This document shows, piece by piece, positions 9,613-20,220 of a DNA stretch of 64,000 nt. A model generated the notes under the pieces. It worked only from the letters and a program-made list of their open reading frames with translations, did no database searches and was not told where the DNA came from. Each line of letters begins with the position of its first letter. Position 1 is the first letter of the stretch. Origin of the DNA: a virus (Duplodnaviria > Caudoviricetes); IMG/VR virus record IMGVR_UViG_2806311071_000002, positions 1 to 64,000 of that record, one strand, 5' to 3'. The position numbers and the translations under genes are program-made.

Positions 9613-9918
9613 CTATGCTTTATCAAACAGCTCGCCGGCTCTCTTCATGTCTTTGATTTCCTCACTCACACTTTCTTTGATTACATGAGGTAGCCGGTCA
9701 ATTCCTCGTTGTATTCTTTTCTGACCTGTGTTTCTTATATGTATTGTTAGTTCTTTAAAGGCCTCCATTGATTCGTCTGATATTAAATCAAACAGCCGTT
9801 GTATCTTAGCTAATAAGCTTATATATTCTTCATCGTCTTCACTGAAAAGTTTGAGACCCTGTTCAAGGTTGTTTATTTCTTTTAGATGATTTTTTATTTT
9901 TTCTAAGTGATTATCCAT
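9613..9918 (-). CDS. Hypothetical helical protein
   Basis: Coupled to the upstream ORF (MDNHLE start). Confidence 0.6.
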   Translation of the reverse strand: MDNHLEKIKNHLKEINNLEQGLKLFSEDDEEYISLLAKIQRLFDLISDESMEAFKELTIHIRNTGQKRIQRGIDRLPHVIKESVSEEIKDMKRAGELFDKA

Positions 9919-10177
9919 GATGGTTAAACCTTTCAACAATTTCTAAAACTTCAGCGAGCTTATCTGTTAGCTGTCTTCCCAGGTCTGTTGTTTGTTCCTG
10001 ATCCAGTTTGTTCATTTTTCCTTTGCCATTAAGAATATCTCTCTTTTCCTCCAAAATTCCAATTTCAATTTTAATCAGTTCTCTATAAGCTTCGCTTTCT
10101 TTGGGAAGCAATCCAGAGACAACTTTTACAGCCTGTAGTTCTTTGTTTAATTTATAATAATGATAAGTATTCTCCAT
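9911..10177 (-). CDS. Hypothetical protein
   Basis: AGGGG RBS. Confidence 0.6.
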   Translation of the reverse strand: MENTYHYYKLNKELQAVKVVSGLLPKESEAYRELIKIEIGILEEKRDILNGKGKMNKLDQEQTTDLGRQLTDKLAEVLEIVERFNHHG

Positions 10178-10790
10178 ATCTTTTCCCCTTTTTGTTTTAA
10201 TTTGATTCTAATAAACTCAAAAAATTAACTGCTGCAACTCTATACCTTTGGTCTTCTTCATAAGTTGCAACTTGTTTCATATGCTCAAAGAACTTATCCT
10301 CAAGCCCTTGTTTTTGAATAAATCCCAAACAAAGTCCGTTTCTGAAGAGCATGTCATCATACTTTGCTTGTAAATCTTTACGGCTGTTATTGTTTATGGT
10401 CTTTTTCCTCCTTAAAATTTGTATAAAAGTCTTCTTTTATAGAGATGTTCGTTCAATCGACACCCTTTGGTATCCCTAAGTTCTTTGTAAACTTTAGCCA
10501 TCATAATTTCGCTTTTTCTAAATTTTAAACTTGTACATATTCCCTTTCCTGTCTACATGATAGCGTCCTTTTGGATAATATACATATCCATCTGCATTTA
10601 CCTTATCAATTACATTAAACATGAATTCGCCATGTTTTGTATTCCCTGTCATCCACGCCTTTTTACGTAATCTTTTTTTCATCCAGCAACTCCTTGGTTG
10701 GTATAATTGTTGAGTTTTTTGAGTATTTTAAGTTGTACCCTGGCTGAGACCCTCCACTGACAAACATCATGATCAAAGCCAGGGTTTGTA

Positions 10791-11219
10791 TTAATTAGTT
10801 CCAGTCGATCCGTGACCACCTCGATCTTCGTTGTCCAGATGATCTACCTCAATCAATTTAACTGCAGGCATCTTCTCCATGATTCTGAACTGACAGATAC
10901 GATCCCCTTTTTTAATTTCTGTATCCCGTAAGGCATAAGCCGGAAAGAACCAGAAATCATTGTCTCCCTTGTAGGACTCATCAATAACACCCATTGAGTT
11001 TGTCTCAATGATGCCAAAGTTTTTAAATGTGCTTGAACGCGGAACAACATGAGCCTCATATCCTTCTGGTAGCTCCATCGCTACTCCTAATGGAATGAGT
11101 TTAAATTCGTCCTTTATGATTGCTACATCTTCAGCTGCTCGAAGATCAATCCAATCCCCTTGCTCAATTTTGCTAATTCTCGTTTGAGTTTCGTCTAGAT
11201 ATTTGATTTTAATTTGCAT
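10791..11219 (-). CDS. dut: Trimeric dUTPase (YosS-like)
   Basis: [22 protein letters not shown] and RGGHGSTG motifs. Confidence 0.95.
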   Translation of the reverse strand: MQIKIKYLDETQTRISKIEQGDWIDLRAAEDVAIIKDEFKLIPLGVAMELPEGYEAHVVPRSSTFKNFGIIETNSMGVIDESYKGDNDFWFFPAYALRDTEIKKGDRICQFRIMEKMPAVKLIEVDHLDNEDRGGHGSTGTN

Positions 11220-11453
11220 TATTTATTAGCTCCTTTTGTTTTATTATGTGAAAAAACTATCCAAAAATTAAATAGGCCGCCCAACATGAATATCGTTGAA
11301 TAATCCAGTCAATATGCTTAATCTTACAGAAGGTTATCCAATCCATTATCAACAAAGGTATTAGAGTAATTAAAAAAATTAACAGCAGTATGTACTTCCA
11401 CCATGAAATCTCGTTAATATTCCAACCGAATATGGTTAGCCCCCCTAAGGAAA

Positions 11454-11702
11454 TTATCTTTTATTATAATCCTTTAGTAGTTCATCAAGTTCTTCAGGCT
11501 TAAATCCAACACTACGCTTTACTTCTTCTTCTTGCTCATTAAGCAGTATAGTTACCGGTACACCCATTACCTCAAATTGCGCTGCCACTTCTGGCTTCTG
11601 TGTAACATCAACTGTCTCATATTCAACTCCTGCATTATTTAAATAATTAGATATCATTTTGCAGGGATTGCAATTAGGCTGCTCTAATTTAATTAATCTC
11701 AT
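11454..11702 (-). CDS. Thioredoxin/NrdH-like redoxin (YosR-like)
   Basis: CNPC and GVP motifs; downstream of nrdF. Confidence 0.9.
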   Translation of the reverse strand: MRLIKLEQPNCNPCKMISNYLNNAGVEYETVDVTQKPEVAAQFEVMGVPVTILLNEQEEEVKRSVGFKPEELDELLKDYNKR

Positions 11703-12422
11703 TTAAATCGCCTCTCTTTTATATTTGAATTTCCATCCTTTATGTGTTTTAGCCCTTCCAGATAAACACCGCATAATACCTTGTTTAATTAATCCATGGT
11801 CTCTTGCAAACTCCCTAATTCCTTTAGCTTCAATCAAAACTCCTTCAGGAGATAATGCGAATATTTCTTTTTTAATATTTTCTAAGTCTCTATAATTGTT
11901 GTTTTCTTTCTTAGTTAAGAAGCAACATGTTACAAGTGAGTATTTCCTTTTATTTATTGGCACATTTATTTGAATTTTATCTTTATCCAAATGAATCTTT
12001 CCTTGAGAAAACAGTATCTCATCATACCCTTTGATTAAAGGGAGATCCTCTAAAAAATTTTCGAAGCAATGCCACCTTCTTTCCACAGTCACTCCTTTGG
12101 CACCGTATCTTTCATAACCACTTCCCCTTGGATGATAGCAACGCTCAAGCATTCCGCTCCAAACACTGTACTCCTTTTTATGATCAGTCATTTTCACATT
12201 GCCCATGTACCCTACTCCGAATACAGACTTCTCAAACTTATCTTTTATCTTCCCGCGTTTCATTTCAACTTTTTCAACAACTCTTCCATACCCAGTTTTA
12301 AGAAATCGAATTCTATATTTATATCTGTTCATTTCTCTAAAAACTTGAACCACTTTGTACTTTTGGTTTGCGTTATTCACATAAACTTTACCGACAAGAC
12401 TGTCTTTTTTAAGTTTAATCAA
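11703..12422 (-). CDS. Free-standing HNH-type homing endonuclease
   Basis: [12 protein letters not shown]...YGAKGV...[11 protein letters not shown]...LDKD motif; C-terminal HTH ending HKGWKF; overlaps nrdF stop. Confidence 0.75.
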   Translation of the reverse strand: MIKLKKDSLVGKVYVNNANQKYKVVQVFREMNRYKYRIRFLKTGYGRVVEKVEMKRGKIKDKFEKSVFGVGYMGNVKMTDHKKEYSVWSGMLERCYHPRGSGYERYGAKGVTVERRWHCFENFLEDLPLIKGYDEILFSQGKIHLDKDKIQINVPINKRKYSLVTCCFLTKKENNNYRDLENIKKEIFALSPEGVLIEAKGIREFARDHGLIKQGIMRCLSGRAKTHKGWKFKYKREAI

Positions 12423-13401
12423 ATATAAAATCCGTGTCCCTTAATGATTCTACTGTTGCTTTTTTATAGCCAACGCCCTTCATTGAAAAGAAGTCATGGG
12501 ATTTAGTCTTTGTGCTCAATCCATTAATAACAATTGGATTAACGTCTTCTTCCTCGAACAGATGATCGAATCCCAGATTGTTTAAAGCTTTATTCGCATT
12601 GTATCTGATGAATTTCTTTACATCTGGGGCTAAGCCAACCTGATCATAAACATCTTCTGTATACTCCAATTCATTTTCATAAAGCTCTTGTAGCAAGCTT
12701 AAAGCCCATTCATACATTTCTTTTTGCTTCTTAGGCGTTTGTTTCTTGTATATCTCTTGGGCTAACAATCCGACATAAACGCCGTGTATCGCCTCGTCAC
12801 GGATAATTAAATTTACAATTTCCCCGCTCTGCATGAGCTTCCCTTGTCCATAAAAGTAAAGTGGATAATAAAACCCTGAATAGAAAAGGAAACTCTCCAG
12901 AAACACAGACGCAACCATCGCTTTGAATAAGGAAATATCATCGTTTTTCTGAACTGCTTCATAAATTGAAACAATTGTTCTTGCTTTCTTTTGAAGAAAT
13001 TTATTGTTTTTAACCCATTCAAACACTTCGTTGATCTGCTCTGTTGGAGCTAATGTAAGAAAGATGTTGCTGTAAGATTTCGCATGGACAGCATTTTCCA
13101 TCATGGCCATAAAGTTTAATACTGCTTTTCTTTGATGGCCTTCGACGTGCTCGGCCACAATCGGCATGCCAGTGTTCCCCTGCTCTGTATCAAGCAGTGT
13201 CAGGCCGGCTAAAACTTTCATATAAGTGTCTTGCTCATTTTTACCCAAATACTTCCAAGTGAGAAGATCGCCGTTTAATGCGATCTCTTCCGGAAGCCAA
13301 AACTGCTTTACGTTTTGGTTGTAAAACATTTGGGTGAAATCATCTTCATGCTTTGACCAGTTTGCTGCAGTATACTGCTTGTTTTTCTTTAGTTGTGACA
13401 A
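12415..13401 (-). CDS. nrdF: Class Ib ribonucleotide reductase beta subunit, intronless
   Basis: [30 protein letters not shown] and RDEAIH motifs; continuous 328 aa. Confidence 0.97.
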   Translation of the reverse strand: MSQLKKNKQYTAANWSKHEDDFTQMFYNQNVKQFWLPEEIALNGDLLTWKYLGKNEQDTYMKVLAGLTLLDTEQGNTGMPIVAEHVEGHQRKAVLNFMAMMENAVHAKSYSNIFLTLAPTEQINEVFEWVKNNKFLQKKARTIVSIYEAVQKNDDISLFKAMVASVFLESFLFYSGFYYPLYFYGQGKLMQSGEIVNLIIRDEAIHGVYVGLLAQEIYKKQTPKKQKEMYEWALSLLQELYENELEYTEDVYDQVGLAPDVKKFIRYNANKALNNLGFDHLFEEEDVNPIVINGLSTKTKSHDFFSMKGVGYKKATVESLRDTDFIFD

Positions 13402-13517
13402 AAATGTGACCTCCTAGATATATTTCCTCCCTTAACACTTGTAAAATGAAGGAAATATTTTATAAATGTTGTAAGTCTTATAATGCAACATATTCACTAT
13501 TAAGGGAGGAATAAAAA

Positions 13518-13952
13518 ATGAAAAAGAAACTGATTATTGGTGCTTTAGTTTTAGGGCTAATACCTACTATTGGTAGTACTGCTGCTTCAGCTAAGCCGCT
13601 TCAAAATCCTGTGAAAGTCATAAATCCTTTAGCAGATGATAGGTGTAAAGGCGGTGGCACTCTAATTTGTGAAACTGGTATATTTTCAGCTAAAGGAACT
13701 CTTTATTTCGATTATTATGGAAGTGAAGACGATCAAATCAGAATTTACATTGCAAATGATGGGAAGTACCCCTTTGAGTACAGAATTACGAACCCTGACG
13801 GTAAGAGAATAGCAGACGGTTTAACAGTGAAACCAGGAAAGTCCACAGAATCAACCTTTTACGTAAAAGATATTGAAGGTACGTATAAAGTCCGCGTAAC
13901 AAATGATGATGGTGAAGATATCAAGGCTTTTGTTAAAGCAAGAGGACTTTAA
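13518..13952 (+). CDS. Secreted beta-rich protein (moron) inserted between nrdE and nrdF
   Basis: Signal peptide ending ASA; GGGAGG RBS; TTGTAA/TATAAT-like promoter upstream; terminator at 13964-13995. Confidence 0.8.
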   Translation: MKKKLIIGALVLGLIPTIGSTAASAKPLQNPVKVINPLADDRCKGGGTLICETGIFSAKGTLYFDYYGSEDDQIRIYIANDGKYPFEYRITNPDGKRIADGLTVKPGKSTESTFYVKDIEGTYKVRVTNDDGEDIKAFVKARGL

Positions 13953-13963
13953 TTAAAAACCCA

Positions 13964-13995
13964 GGAGTCAGACAGAGTTACATATGCTGACTCCT
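13964..13995. terminator. Hairpin between the convergent moron and nrdE
   Basis: aggagtcag...ctgactcct inverted repeat. Confidence 0.6.
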
Positions 13996-14003
13996 TTATT
14001 TGT

Positions 14004-16635
14004 TTAAACAACACATGACAAGCAACTATCCTGCCCAGTATCCTTTGTCCGCGCATAATACAGCGTCTTAATTCCTTTGTAATGCGCATATAAGTCAATC
14101 CGGTTTAAATCTCTTGTCGTCATCGTATCCTTCAAGAACAGCGTAAACGAAATGCCTTGATCGACGTGCTGCTGAATAGTTGCAATTAGATCAACTACCT
14201 TAAACATATCCATGTCGTACGCTTCCTTATAGAAGAACCAATTCTGAGCCGATAAACCTGGCATTGGATAATATGTCTTACTGTTTCCGTATGTACGTTC
14301 CTCAATTCTCTCCATAATAGGCATTACACCGGCCGTAGATGATTGAACATATGAGATGCTTCCAGTAGGTGCAACAGCTTGCCTATACGAATGATGCAAA
14401 CCATATTTCATTACATCATCTTTAAGCTTGCTCCAATCTTCAATGTTAGGAATATGTTGATCTCCAAACAGGCTTTTAACCTTTTCATATTTAGGGCTAT
14501 AATCATTTGTCACGTACTTATCAAAATACTCGCCTGATTTGTAGGTCGATCCATCAAACTTGTAGTACGTCTCCCCTGTTTTTCTTGCGATTTCCATTGA
14601 ACGCTGCAGGGAGTAAAAGTTAACCATCATAAAGTATGTATTTGCAAAATCCTTAGCTTCTTCACTTTCATAAGCGATTTTATTTTGAGCTAGAAAACCA
14701 TGCAGGTTCATCTGCCCTAGACCAATTGATCGCATTAGTGTATTTGCTCTCGCAACAGCTGGGGCATTTACAATGTTTGTTTTCCTTGTGACAGTTGTCA
14801 GTGAGTCAATTGCTATTCTGACCGTTGAAGCAATTGATTGGTTACTCATTACATTTACAATGTTCATGGATCCAAGATTACATGAGATATCTAATCCAAT
14901 TTCATCTTCCTGATCGTAATCTGTATAAACTGACACTTGTGATGCTTGGAGCACTTCTGACTTTAATATTCAACGAAAGGCGCAACACTCTCGTCCGTTC
15001 TCTTATGAACTGCTTACGATCACTCGTAAGAATAGACTATATCATCGACCTATAAGGCCGCCCGCCTTTTCCATCGCCATATGCTTGCGATGTACTCTAC
15101 TCCCTTACGCGTATGCGTGGTTTCGATAGTCGTTCGGCATTTCCGCAAGGTGCGGTTTAGCACGGTATTGTCTATTGAATAGAGTTTCACCGTTTAGACG
15201 GGTTTGCTACGATCATTACTGACCGAAGGTGCTACAGTTAACACAAATTAGAAAACTTCACTTTTGAAATATGTTCATTTGGATGCACTTTATTTACATT
15301 GTCAGCAAACATAATATAAGGATAGCCAGATTCACTTCTCAGAATGGCCAATTGCTCCAACAGCTTCCGAGCATTCCCCTTTGCTTTTCTAACCCTTGGA
15401 TTTTCAACAAGCTCATCATACATTTCATTGATATCCATCTCATCGAGATATTGTCCGTATTCTTTGTAAACTGAATGAGGATAGAACATGTAAAAGTCTT
15501 TATCTTCTCTTGCCAGTTCAATAAATTTATCAGGAAGAATTACACCAATAGACAGTGTTTTAACTCGGACATCTTCATCAGCACTTATTTTTTTGGTATC
15601 CAGGAAGTCTGTAATGTCTGGATGGAATACACTTAGATAAACTGCTCCTGATCCTTGTCTTTGCAGACCATTCAAACGTGTTCGCTAAGCACGCCCCGCC
15701 ATATGGCTGCTTCATGTTACCATGAAGGTTAGACTATATCTTCACCCTTTAAGGGCGCCTCCTGTTTCGACTGCCAATAGCTTGCAGCCTACGCCTTTCG
15801 GCTAGTCGTTGCACGTTCAAGACTAAGTCTTGCTTCGCTCATGATTGTCCCTGTAGGAGTTCCCATGAATTAAAGAGGTTTTCGATCACCATTGCTGATG
15901 AAAGGGGCCAAATCAACCCATTTGGTCGGCATATCTGAAGGCATTATCTAGAAGTTTCATAACGCCTACGACACCTTTTGTGACATTTTCCACATCTTTG
16001 ATCGCTTCGCCTTTGGCTCTTAATTTATTTAAGTTTAATGCTACGCCACCGCCTACCTTAGACAGCTGCATTGAAATATCAATAGCACGTGAAATATCAT
16101 TCAAACTGTCGCCTACTTCTAGTAGGAAGCAACTTACCATTTCTCCTCTTCGCTTGCGACCGGCATTAATGAAAGCAGGCGTAGCAGGTTGATACTCTTG
16201 TTTCATCATAGTATGCACATTCTTAACCGCTTTCTCATAGTCTCCACCTGCGAAAAATAAAGCTACAATTGAAACACGATCCTCATACCTTTCCAGGATC
16301 TTTGTTTTGTCGTTTGTCTTTAATGCATAGTCATTGTAGAACTTAAAGGCACTCATGAAAGAAGAGAATCTGAATTTGTAACTGTAAGCAATTTTATAAA
16401 TTGATTTAATCTGTTCAAATGTGTATTTACTTAAGAATTCTTCTTCGTAATAATCGTTTTTAATCAGGTAATCCAGTTTTTCTTTTAAGTCATGGAAAAA
16501 GACTGTGTTTTGATTAATGTAATCAACAAAGTAACTGTGCACGGCCTCCTTATCCTTCTCAAATTGATACTTCCCGTCTTTCTGAATCATGATCTCGTTA
16601 TTGAGCTTGATCCACTTTGGTATTGTGTTTGTCAA
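14004..16635 (-). CDS. nrdE: Class Ib ribonucleotide reductase alpha subunit; exons 16635-15916, 15663-15241, 14960-14004 (699 aa spliced)
   Basis: TTG start MTNTIPKW after GGGAGG; spliced junctions DQMG|QRQG and SNLC|SEVL; VSCF, APTGS and C-terminal CLSC motifs. Confidence 0.95.
14961..15240 (-). ncRNA. Group I intron 2 in nrdE (280 nt, no ORF), directly after the active-site Cys codon
   Basis: Exon ends TGT and intron ends in G; contains GACTATC and GATATAGTCT core elements; removal gives NLCSE. Confidence 0.88.
15664..15915 (-). ncRNA. Group I intron 1 in nrdE (252 nt, no ORF)
   Basis: Exon ends in U (GGT) and intron ends in G; contains AAGATATAGTCT (S/P7 element); removal restores the frame. 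Confidence 0.9.
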
Positions 16636-16993
16636 TAAGTTGTACCTCCCGATTAATCTTCTGCAAGTCTTGTTTTGTTCCACTTAGTTCAAACTTTAAT
16701 AACAATGGTACATGGAACATTGCTGAAAGCTTGTCCCCAGCTAAACCATAGTTATCACCCCAAACCTTGTTACCACTCACAGCAACACCTTTTATTTTAT
16801 TTTTATTCTTAATAATGAAATTCAAAGTCCTTTCAGGTACTTCCCCAAAGCCTATCGTATATGTAATATGTATGAATTCTTCTTCAACAATTAAGTCATC
16901 TGTAATTTCAATGATGTCAAAGTTTAACTCCTTTTGTAATGCTTGAGCAAACCTTTTAACGTTACCTGTCTTGCTTTCATATGTAATAATCAA
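16598..16993 (-). CDS. nrdI: Flavodoxin-like NrdI
   Basis: SKTGNVKRF, YTIGFG, SGNKVWG and FELSG motifs. Confidence 0.95.
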   Translation of the reverse strand: MIITYESKTGNVKRFAQALQKELNFDIIEITDDLIVEEEFIHITYTIGFGEVPERTLNFIIKNKNKIKGVAVSGNKVWGDNYGLAGDKLSAMFHVPLLLKFELSGTKQDLQKINREVQLIDKHNTKVDQAQ

Positions 16994-17340
16994 TATTCTT
17001 TATATTCCCTGTTAACTAAGCTATTCGTAGTTGTTTCTGCTTCATTTTCAGCATGATGGAAAGCTTCAGCCATTTCTAAGTTGATCTCAGCCATCTCAGC
17101 ATAGCCTTTGGCCATTTGAGCTTCATAGTCTGATAGCTCTGTCATCGGTACTGGAATGTAGTTATCCTTCTGCTCTTGCGTGATAACCATTTGATCCCCT
17201 TCTAAATTGGTCGCAATCAGCTCTCCTTTTAAAGCAGTGTAAGAACCACCATTCTTCATATGTACTTGCGTATTTTCTTTTGCTTCATCCAAGGTTACAA
17301 AGTGACTGCGCTTAACGTATAACTGTTTAGCAGCTCCCAT
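16990..17340 (-). CDS. Hypothetical protein (YosL-like position)
   Basis: Coupled to nrdI; C-terminal MAKGYAEMAEINL segment. Confidence 0.7.
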   Translation of the reverse strand: MGAAKQLYVKRSHFVTLDEAKENTQVHMKNGGSYTALKGELIATNLEGDQMVITQEQKDNYIPVPMTELSDYEAQMAKGYAEMAEINLEMAEAFHHAENEAETTTNSLVNREYKEY

Positions 17341-17554
17341 TCCACAACTCCCTTTTCTTTATTTTTTGTTTTTATCTTTGTCATGTCTTACGTCTAACTT
17401 ATCCATATCATTGAGAATATGGTCAATAACAACATCACTGAACTTACCATAGACCTTATATCCAATTAATTTGCTTCTTAGATCTCTCCACTTTCTTGCT
17501 GCACTCATTTTATTTCCCCTTCCTATGAAACTGTGATTTTATAGAGTTATTCTC

Positions 17555-17827
17555 TTACAATAAATGTCCATCCATTACAACTATGCCTTCTTCTCTGCCT
17601 TTTAAATTGTTTGTAATCTCATCTTTAAAGAAGAATCCTTGTTCAAATCCAGTTCTATGAATGTAGGCTTTTACTGCATGATCTAATGAAACTTCATACA
17701 TTTCTTTGCTAAGATTCTCTTCGTCATCATCAGCAACTTCTTCTGTATACAGCTTCATTGCATCTTCCTTTGTATTTGCCTTGATTAATGCGTAATATGG
17801 ATCGCTTACCTCAAAGAATTTCATCAT
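17555..17827 (-). CDS. Hypothetical protein, paralogue of 51717-51992
   Basis: Shared KF(F/Y)E..DPYYALIKA N-terminus and MDGxLL C-terminus. Confidence 0.7.
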   Translation of the reverse strand: MMKFFEVSDPYYALIKANTKEDAMKLYTEEVADDDEENLSKEMYEVSLDHAVKAYIHRTGFEQGFFFKDEITNNLKGREEGIVVMDGHLL

Positions 17828-17840
17828 ATTTCGTCAACTC

Positions 17841-18182
17841 CTAATCTATTTTTGTAAATCTCTTAATCTCTTTACCATCAATAATCACTTTTCCAAAGAA
17901 CAGTTCTTTAGGTCTTGCCCAAAGAACTCCGTCATGGTCTTCATATATAACCAGCTTTTCTTCTGTTTCAGTGTGAATAGCCTCTCCAATAACCTTATAC
18001 AGACCGCCTTTATAATGTCTAAACTGGAAACCAACTACATCGTATGTATCCTTCAAAGCATCCAACAACTTCTGTGCATCTTGAGCACTTTTTGAACTGC
18101 TGTCATATTTGTTGAGATGTAAAACCGCTTCCTGCATTTTCATATTCACTTTGTTCATCCTTCCCGGTTCCTCGAAGTGCAT
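17841..18182 (-). CDS. DUF1653-family protein
   Basis: FRHYKGGLYKVIGEAIHTETEEKLVIY...WARP...RF motif. Confidence 0.8.
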   Translation of the reverse strand: MHFEEPGRMNKVNMKMQEAVLHLNKYDSSSKSAQDAQKLLDALKDTYDVVGFQFRHYKGGLYKVIGEAIHTETEEKLVIYEDHDGVLWARPKELFFGKVIIDGKEIKRFTKID

Positions 18183-18321
18183 TAATTCTATTCACCATTT
18201 CTCTAAGCTCTTCAAGCTTCACTTTTGCATTTTCATATTCCCACTCTGGATAATACAAAGTTTCCAGCTCCAAAATTCTTCTCTTGAGTAGATTGAGAAC
18301 TTCTGATAATGCCTTATTCAT
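18103..18321 (-). CDS. Hypothetical protein
   Basis: ORF in operon; overlap with the next gene makes boundaries uncertain. Confidence 0.4.
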   Translation of the reverse strand: MNKALSEVLNLLKRRILELETLYYPEWEYENAKVKLEELREMVNRINALRGTGKDEQSEYENAGSGFTSQQI

Positions 18322-18430
18322 TCCAATTTCCTCAGCAGTTGTGTTTGAATTTATCAGAGCTTCTCGAATACGTTGAGACTGCCTTTGACTTATACTAATG
18401 TCTAATCAACTCCTTAAAATCATCCTTTTA

Positions 18431-18715
18431 TTAAAATTTCAATACTCCATCCCAATCATCCAACTCCTTTAATTCTTCCTCAGCCATTTCATTTCTGGCG
18501 AAGTATTTTTTAGCTTCTTCAACAATGTTTAACACTACTTGTTTTATTGTCATACCTATATACGATAAAGACTCCCGTTTAATGTACTCGGCACTATTAT
18601 TTACATGCTTAACAGTAAAGCTATTAACTTCCCATCCCTTCGTATAAAGCGGTTCAGCATAGATTGTTATAAATAGCTCTTTGTCTTTCAAAGTAACACG
18701 TTTTTTAATTTTCAC
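18431..18715 (-). CDS. Hypothetical protein
   Basis: AGGAG RBS, GTG start; bounded by 18-bp palindromes on both sides. Confidence 0.65.
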   Translation of the reverse strand: MKIKKRVTLKDKELFITIYAEPLYTKGWEVNSFTVKHVNNSAEYIKRESLSYIGMTIKQVVLNIVEEAKKYFARNEMAEEELKELDDWDGVLKF

Positions 18716-18758
18716 TGCTTGTTCTCCTTTTCGTTAAAATAAAACTTTTAATTAAATT

Positions 18759-18956
18759 TCAATCAACTGATTCGTATCTAACCTTTGGATAGGTTGTTTT
18801 CATATAAACTTTTTTCATGCACAATGGGCATTGAAACGGATACTTCGGCGGGTTTGATGTGAGCATCATATTTGAAAATACAAGCTCTGGAGATTCATCG
18901 CATTCATCACAATGTAACGTCTCTCTAAAAACATTAACTTTCTGAGATTTAATCAT
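18759..18956 (-). CDS. Small Zn-ribbon protein
   Basis: CDEC...CPLC. Confidence 0.65.
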   Translation of the reverse strand: MIKSQKVNVFRETLHCDECDESPELVFSNMMLTSNPPKYPFQCPLCMKKVYMKTTYPKVRYESVD

Positions 18957-18974
18957 TTTCAGATACCTCCTTCG

Positions 18975-19322
18975 TTAAATAAACAATGTACTGACATACA
19001 GAACAATCAATGCAAAAGCTGAATGAAGTAAAGACTTACCGGCTTTCTTGAAAATGTTCTCATCTTTTTCCTGATCTGACCGTTTTACGCCTTTGACAAA
19101 TACGTTGAGTAAAACACCAATAACAAATGCATGAGGTAAAGTGACATGGACATTTTGAATGTTGTATGTATCAATAAGCAAAGGATTTAACACGTGATTC
19201 AATCCATAATATACAACTAGTGACATAGTCAATGCTTCAACAAAAATGAGTAACCCAACTACAATCAGAGAACCTGATCCGATAAAGAAACCGTTCCAAA
19301 TATCTTTTGTATCCTTATTCAA
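18975..19322 (-). CDS. Membrane protein
   Basis: Three TM-like segments. Confidence 0.7.
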   Translation of the reverse strand: MNKDTKDIWNGFFIGSGSLIVVGLLIFVEALTMSLVVYYGLNHVLNPLLIDTYNIQNVHVTLPHAFVIGVLLNVFVKGVKRSDQEKDENIFKKAGKSLLHSAFALIVLYVSTLFI

Positions 19323-19336
19323 TAAATATCTCTCCC

Positions 19337-19732
19337 CTAGTCTTTTTTAATTAGCCTCTTCCACCAAGAAGCTTTAATAAGTCTTTGTTTTAGACCATCA
19401 TTGCTTTTTGCTTGCTCCTCATTGAGTTCTTCGCATTCCTTCAAGCTTTTTTCATCTACAATTGTCTTGATCACTCTGTCGGTTTGATATGTCCATTCGT
19501 TATGTATGTTTCGCTGCCTGTCAGTCACTATGACATATTCATTAAGTCCGGGGATATAAACCTTGCCTCCAATTTCTATAGGCTCAATATCTATATGCCC
19601 CTCGAAGATTGGTTCAGTGCGAATTACTTTACACACTGGCTGAGCAATCCATCTTACTGTGCCTGGGGCACGGTGTGCGTAATAACTTTCTTTCATAACC
19701 AATCCTTCAAATGTTGCATTATGTCGTCCCAC
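19337..19732 (-). CDS. Hypothetical phage protein
   Basis: GGAGG RBS. Confidence 0.7.
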   Translation of the reverse strand: MGRHNATFEGLVMKESYYAHRAPGTVRWIAQPVCKVIRTEPIFEGHIDIEPIEIGGKVYIPGLNEYVIVTDRQRNIHNEWTYQTDRVIKTIVDEKSLKECEELNEEQAKSNDGLKQRLIKASWWKRLIKKD

Positions 19733-19744
19733 TTTTTCACCTCC

Positions 19745-20065
19745 TTAAATGTAACTACCTAATGTGTAATCTGAGATAATTCCTTGTTCAATTAAGTCGG
19801 ACATAATTTCTTGGACTTTATCATGTATGATATGTGGAAATTCAAGTTTTTCTCTTGTATAAGTATTCATGTAGTACTGATAATCATATGGCTGCAAACA
19901 TCTTTCATTTAAAACATCAATTTCACCTTTGAGACTGTTTTTATGTATTGTTAAATTAAAAGTAATGTTAGGCTGAATTGTCTTCACGAGGTACCATTTT
20001 GATTTCACATGATCAGTAAAGCCAATATCCCTCATTTGTTTCTCTTCAAGTATGTGAAATCTCAT
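19745..20065 (-). CDS. Hypothetical phage protein
   Basis: GAGGGAG RBS. Confidence 0.65.
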   Translation of the reverse strand: MRFHILEEKQMRDIGFTDHVKSKWYLVKTIQPNITFNLTIHKNSLKGEIDVLNERCLQPYDYQYYMNTYTREKLEFPHIIHDKVQEIMSDLIEQGIISDYTLGSYI

Positions 20066-20220
20066 TTTTCTCCCTCATTGATGATTTTCTTTAAGGCTTT
20101 TAAAAGCATGTTTAATGATTTCTTGTCACCCATTTCATCCCGATTGACCTCAATAAAGTGAACTGCTGACGTTAATTTATCCTGCATTTCAGTTGCTCCT
20201 TTCACGATAAAAATTGAATT

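Noticed and set aside
10200-10700. Short broken reading frames between dut and the thyA block
   Set aside because: Probably decayed small genes; no assignable motifs
14004-16683. nrdE as a fragmented pseudogene
   Set aside because: Both gaps have group I intron boundaries and core elements, and splicing restores a full-length frame
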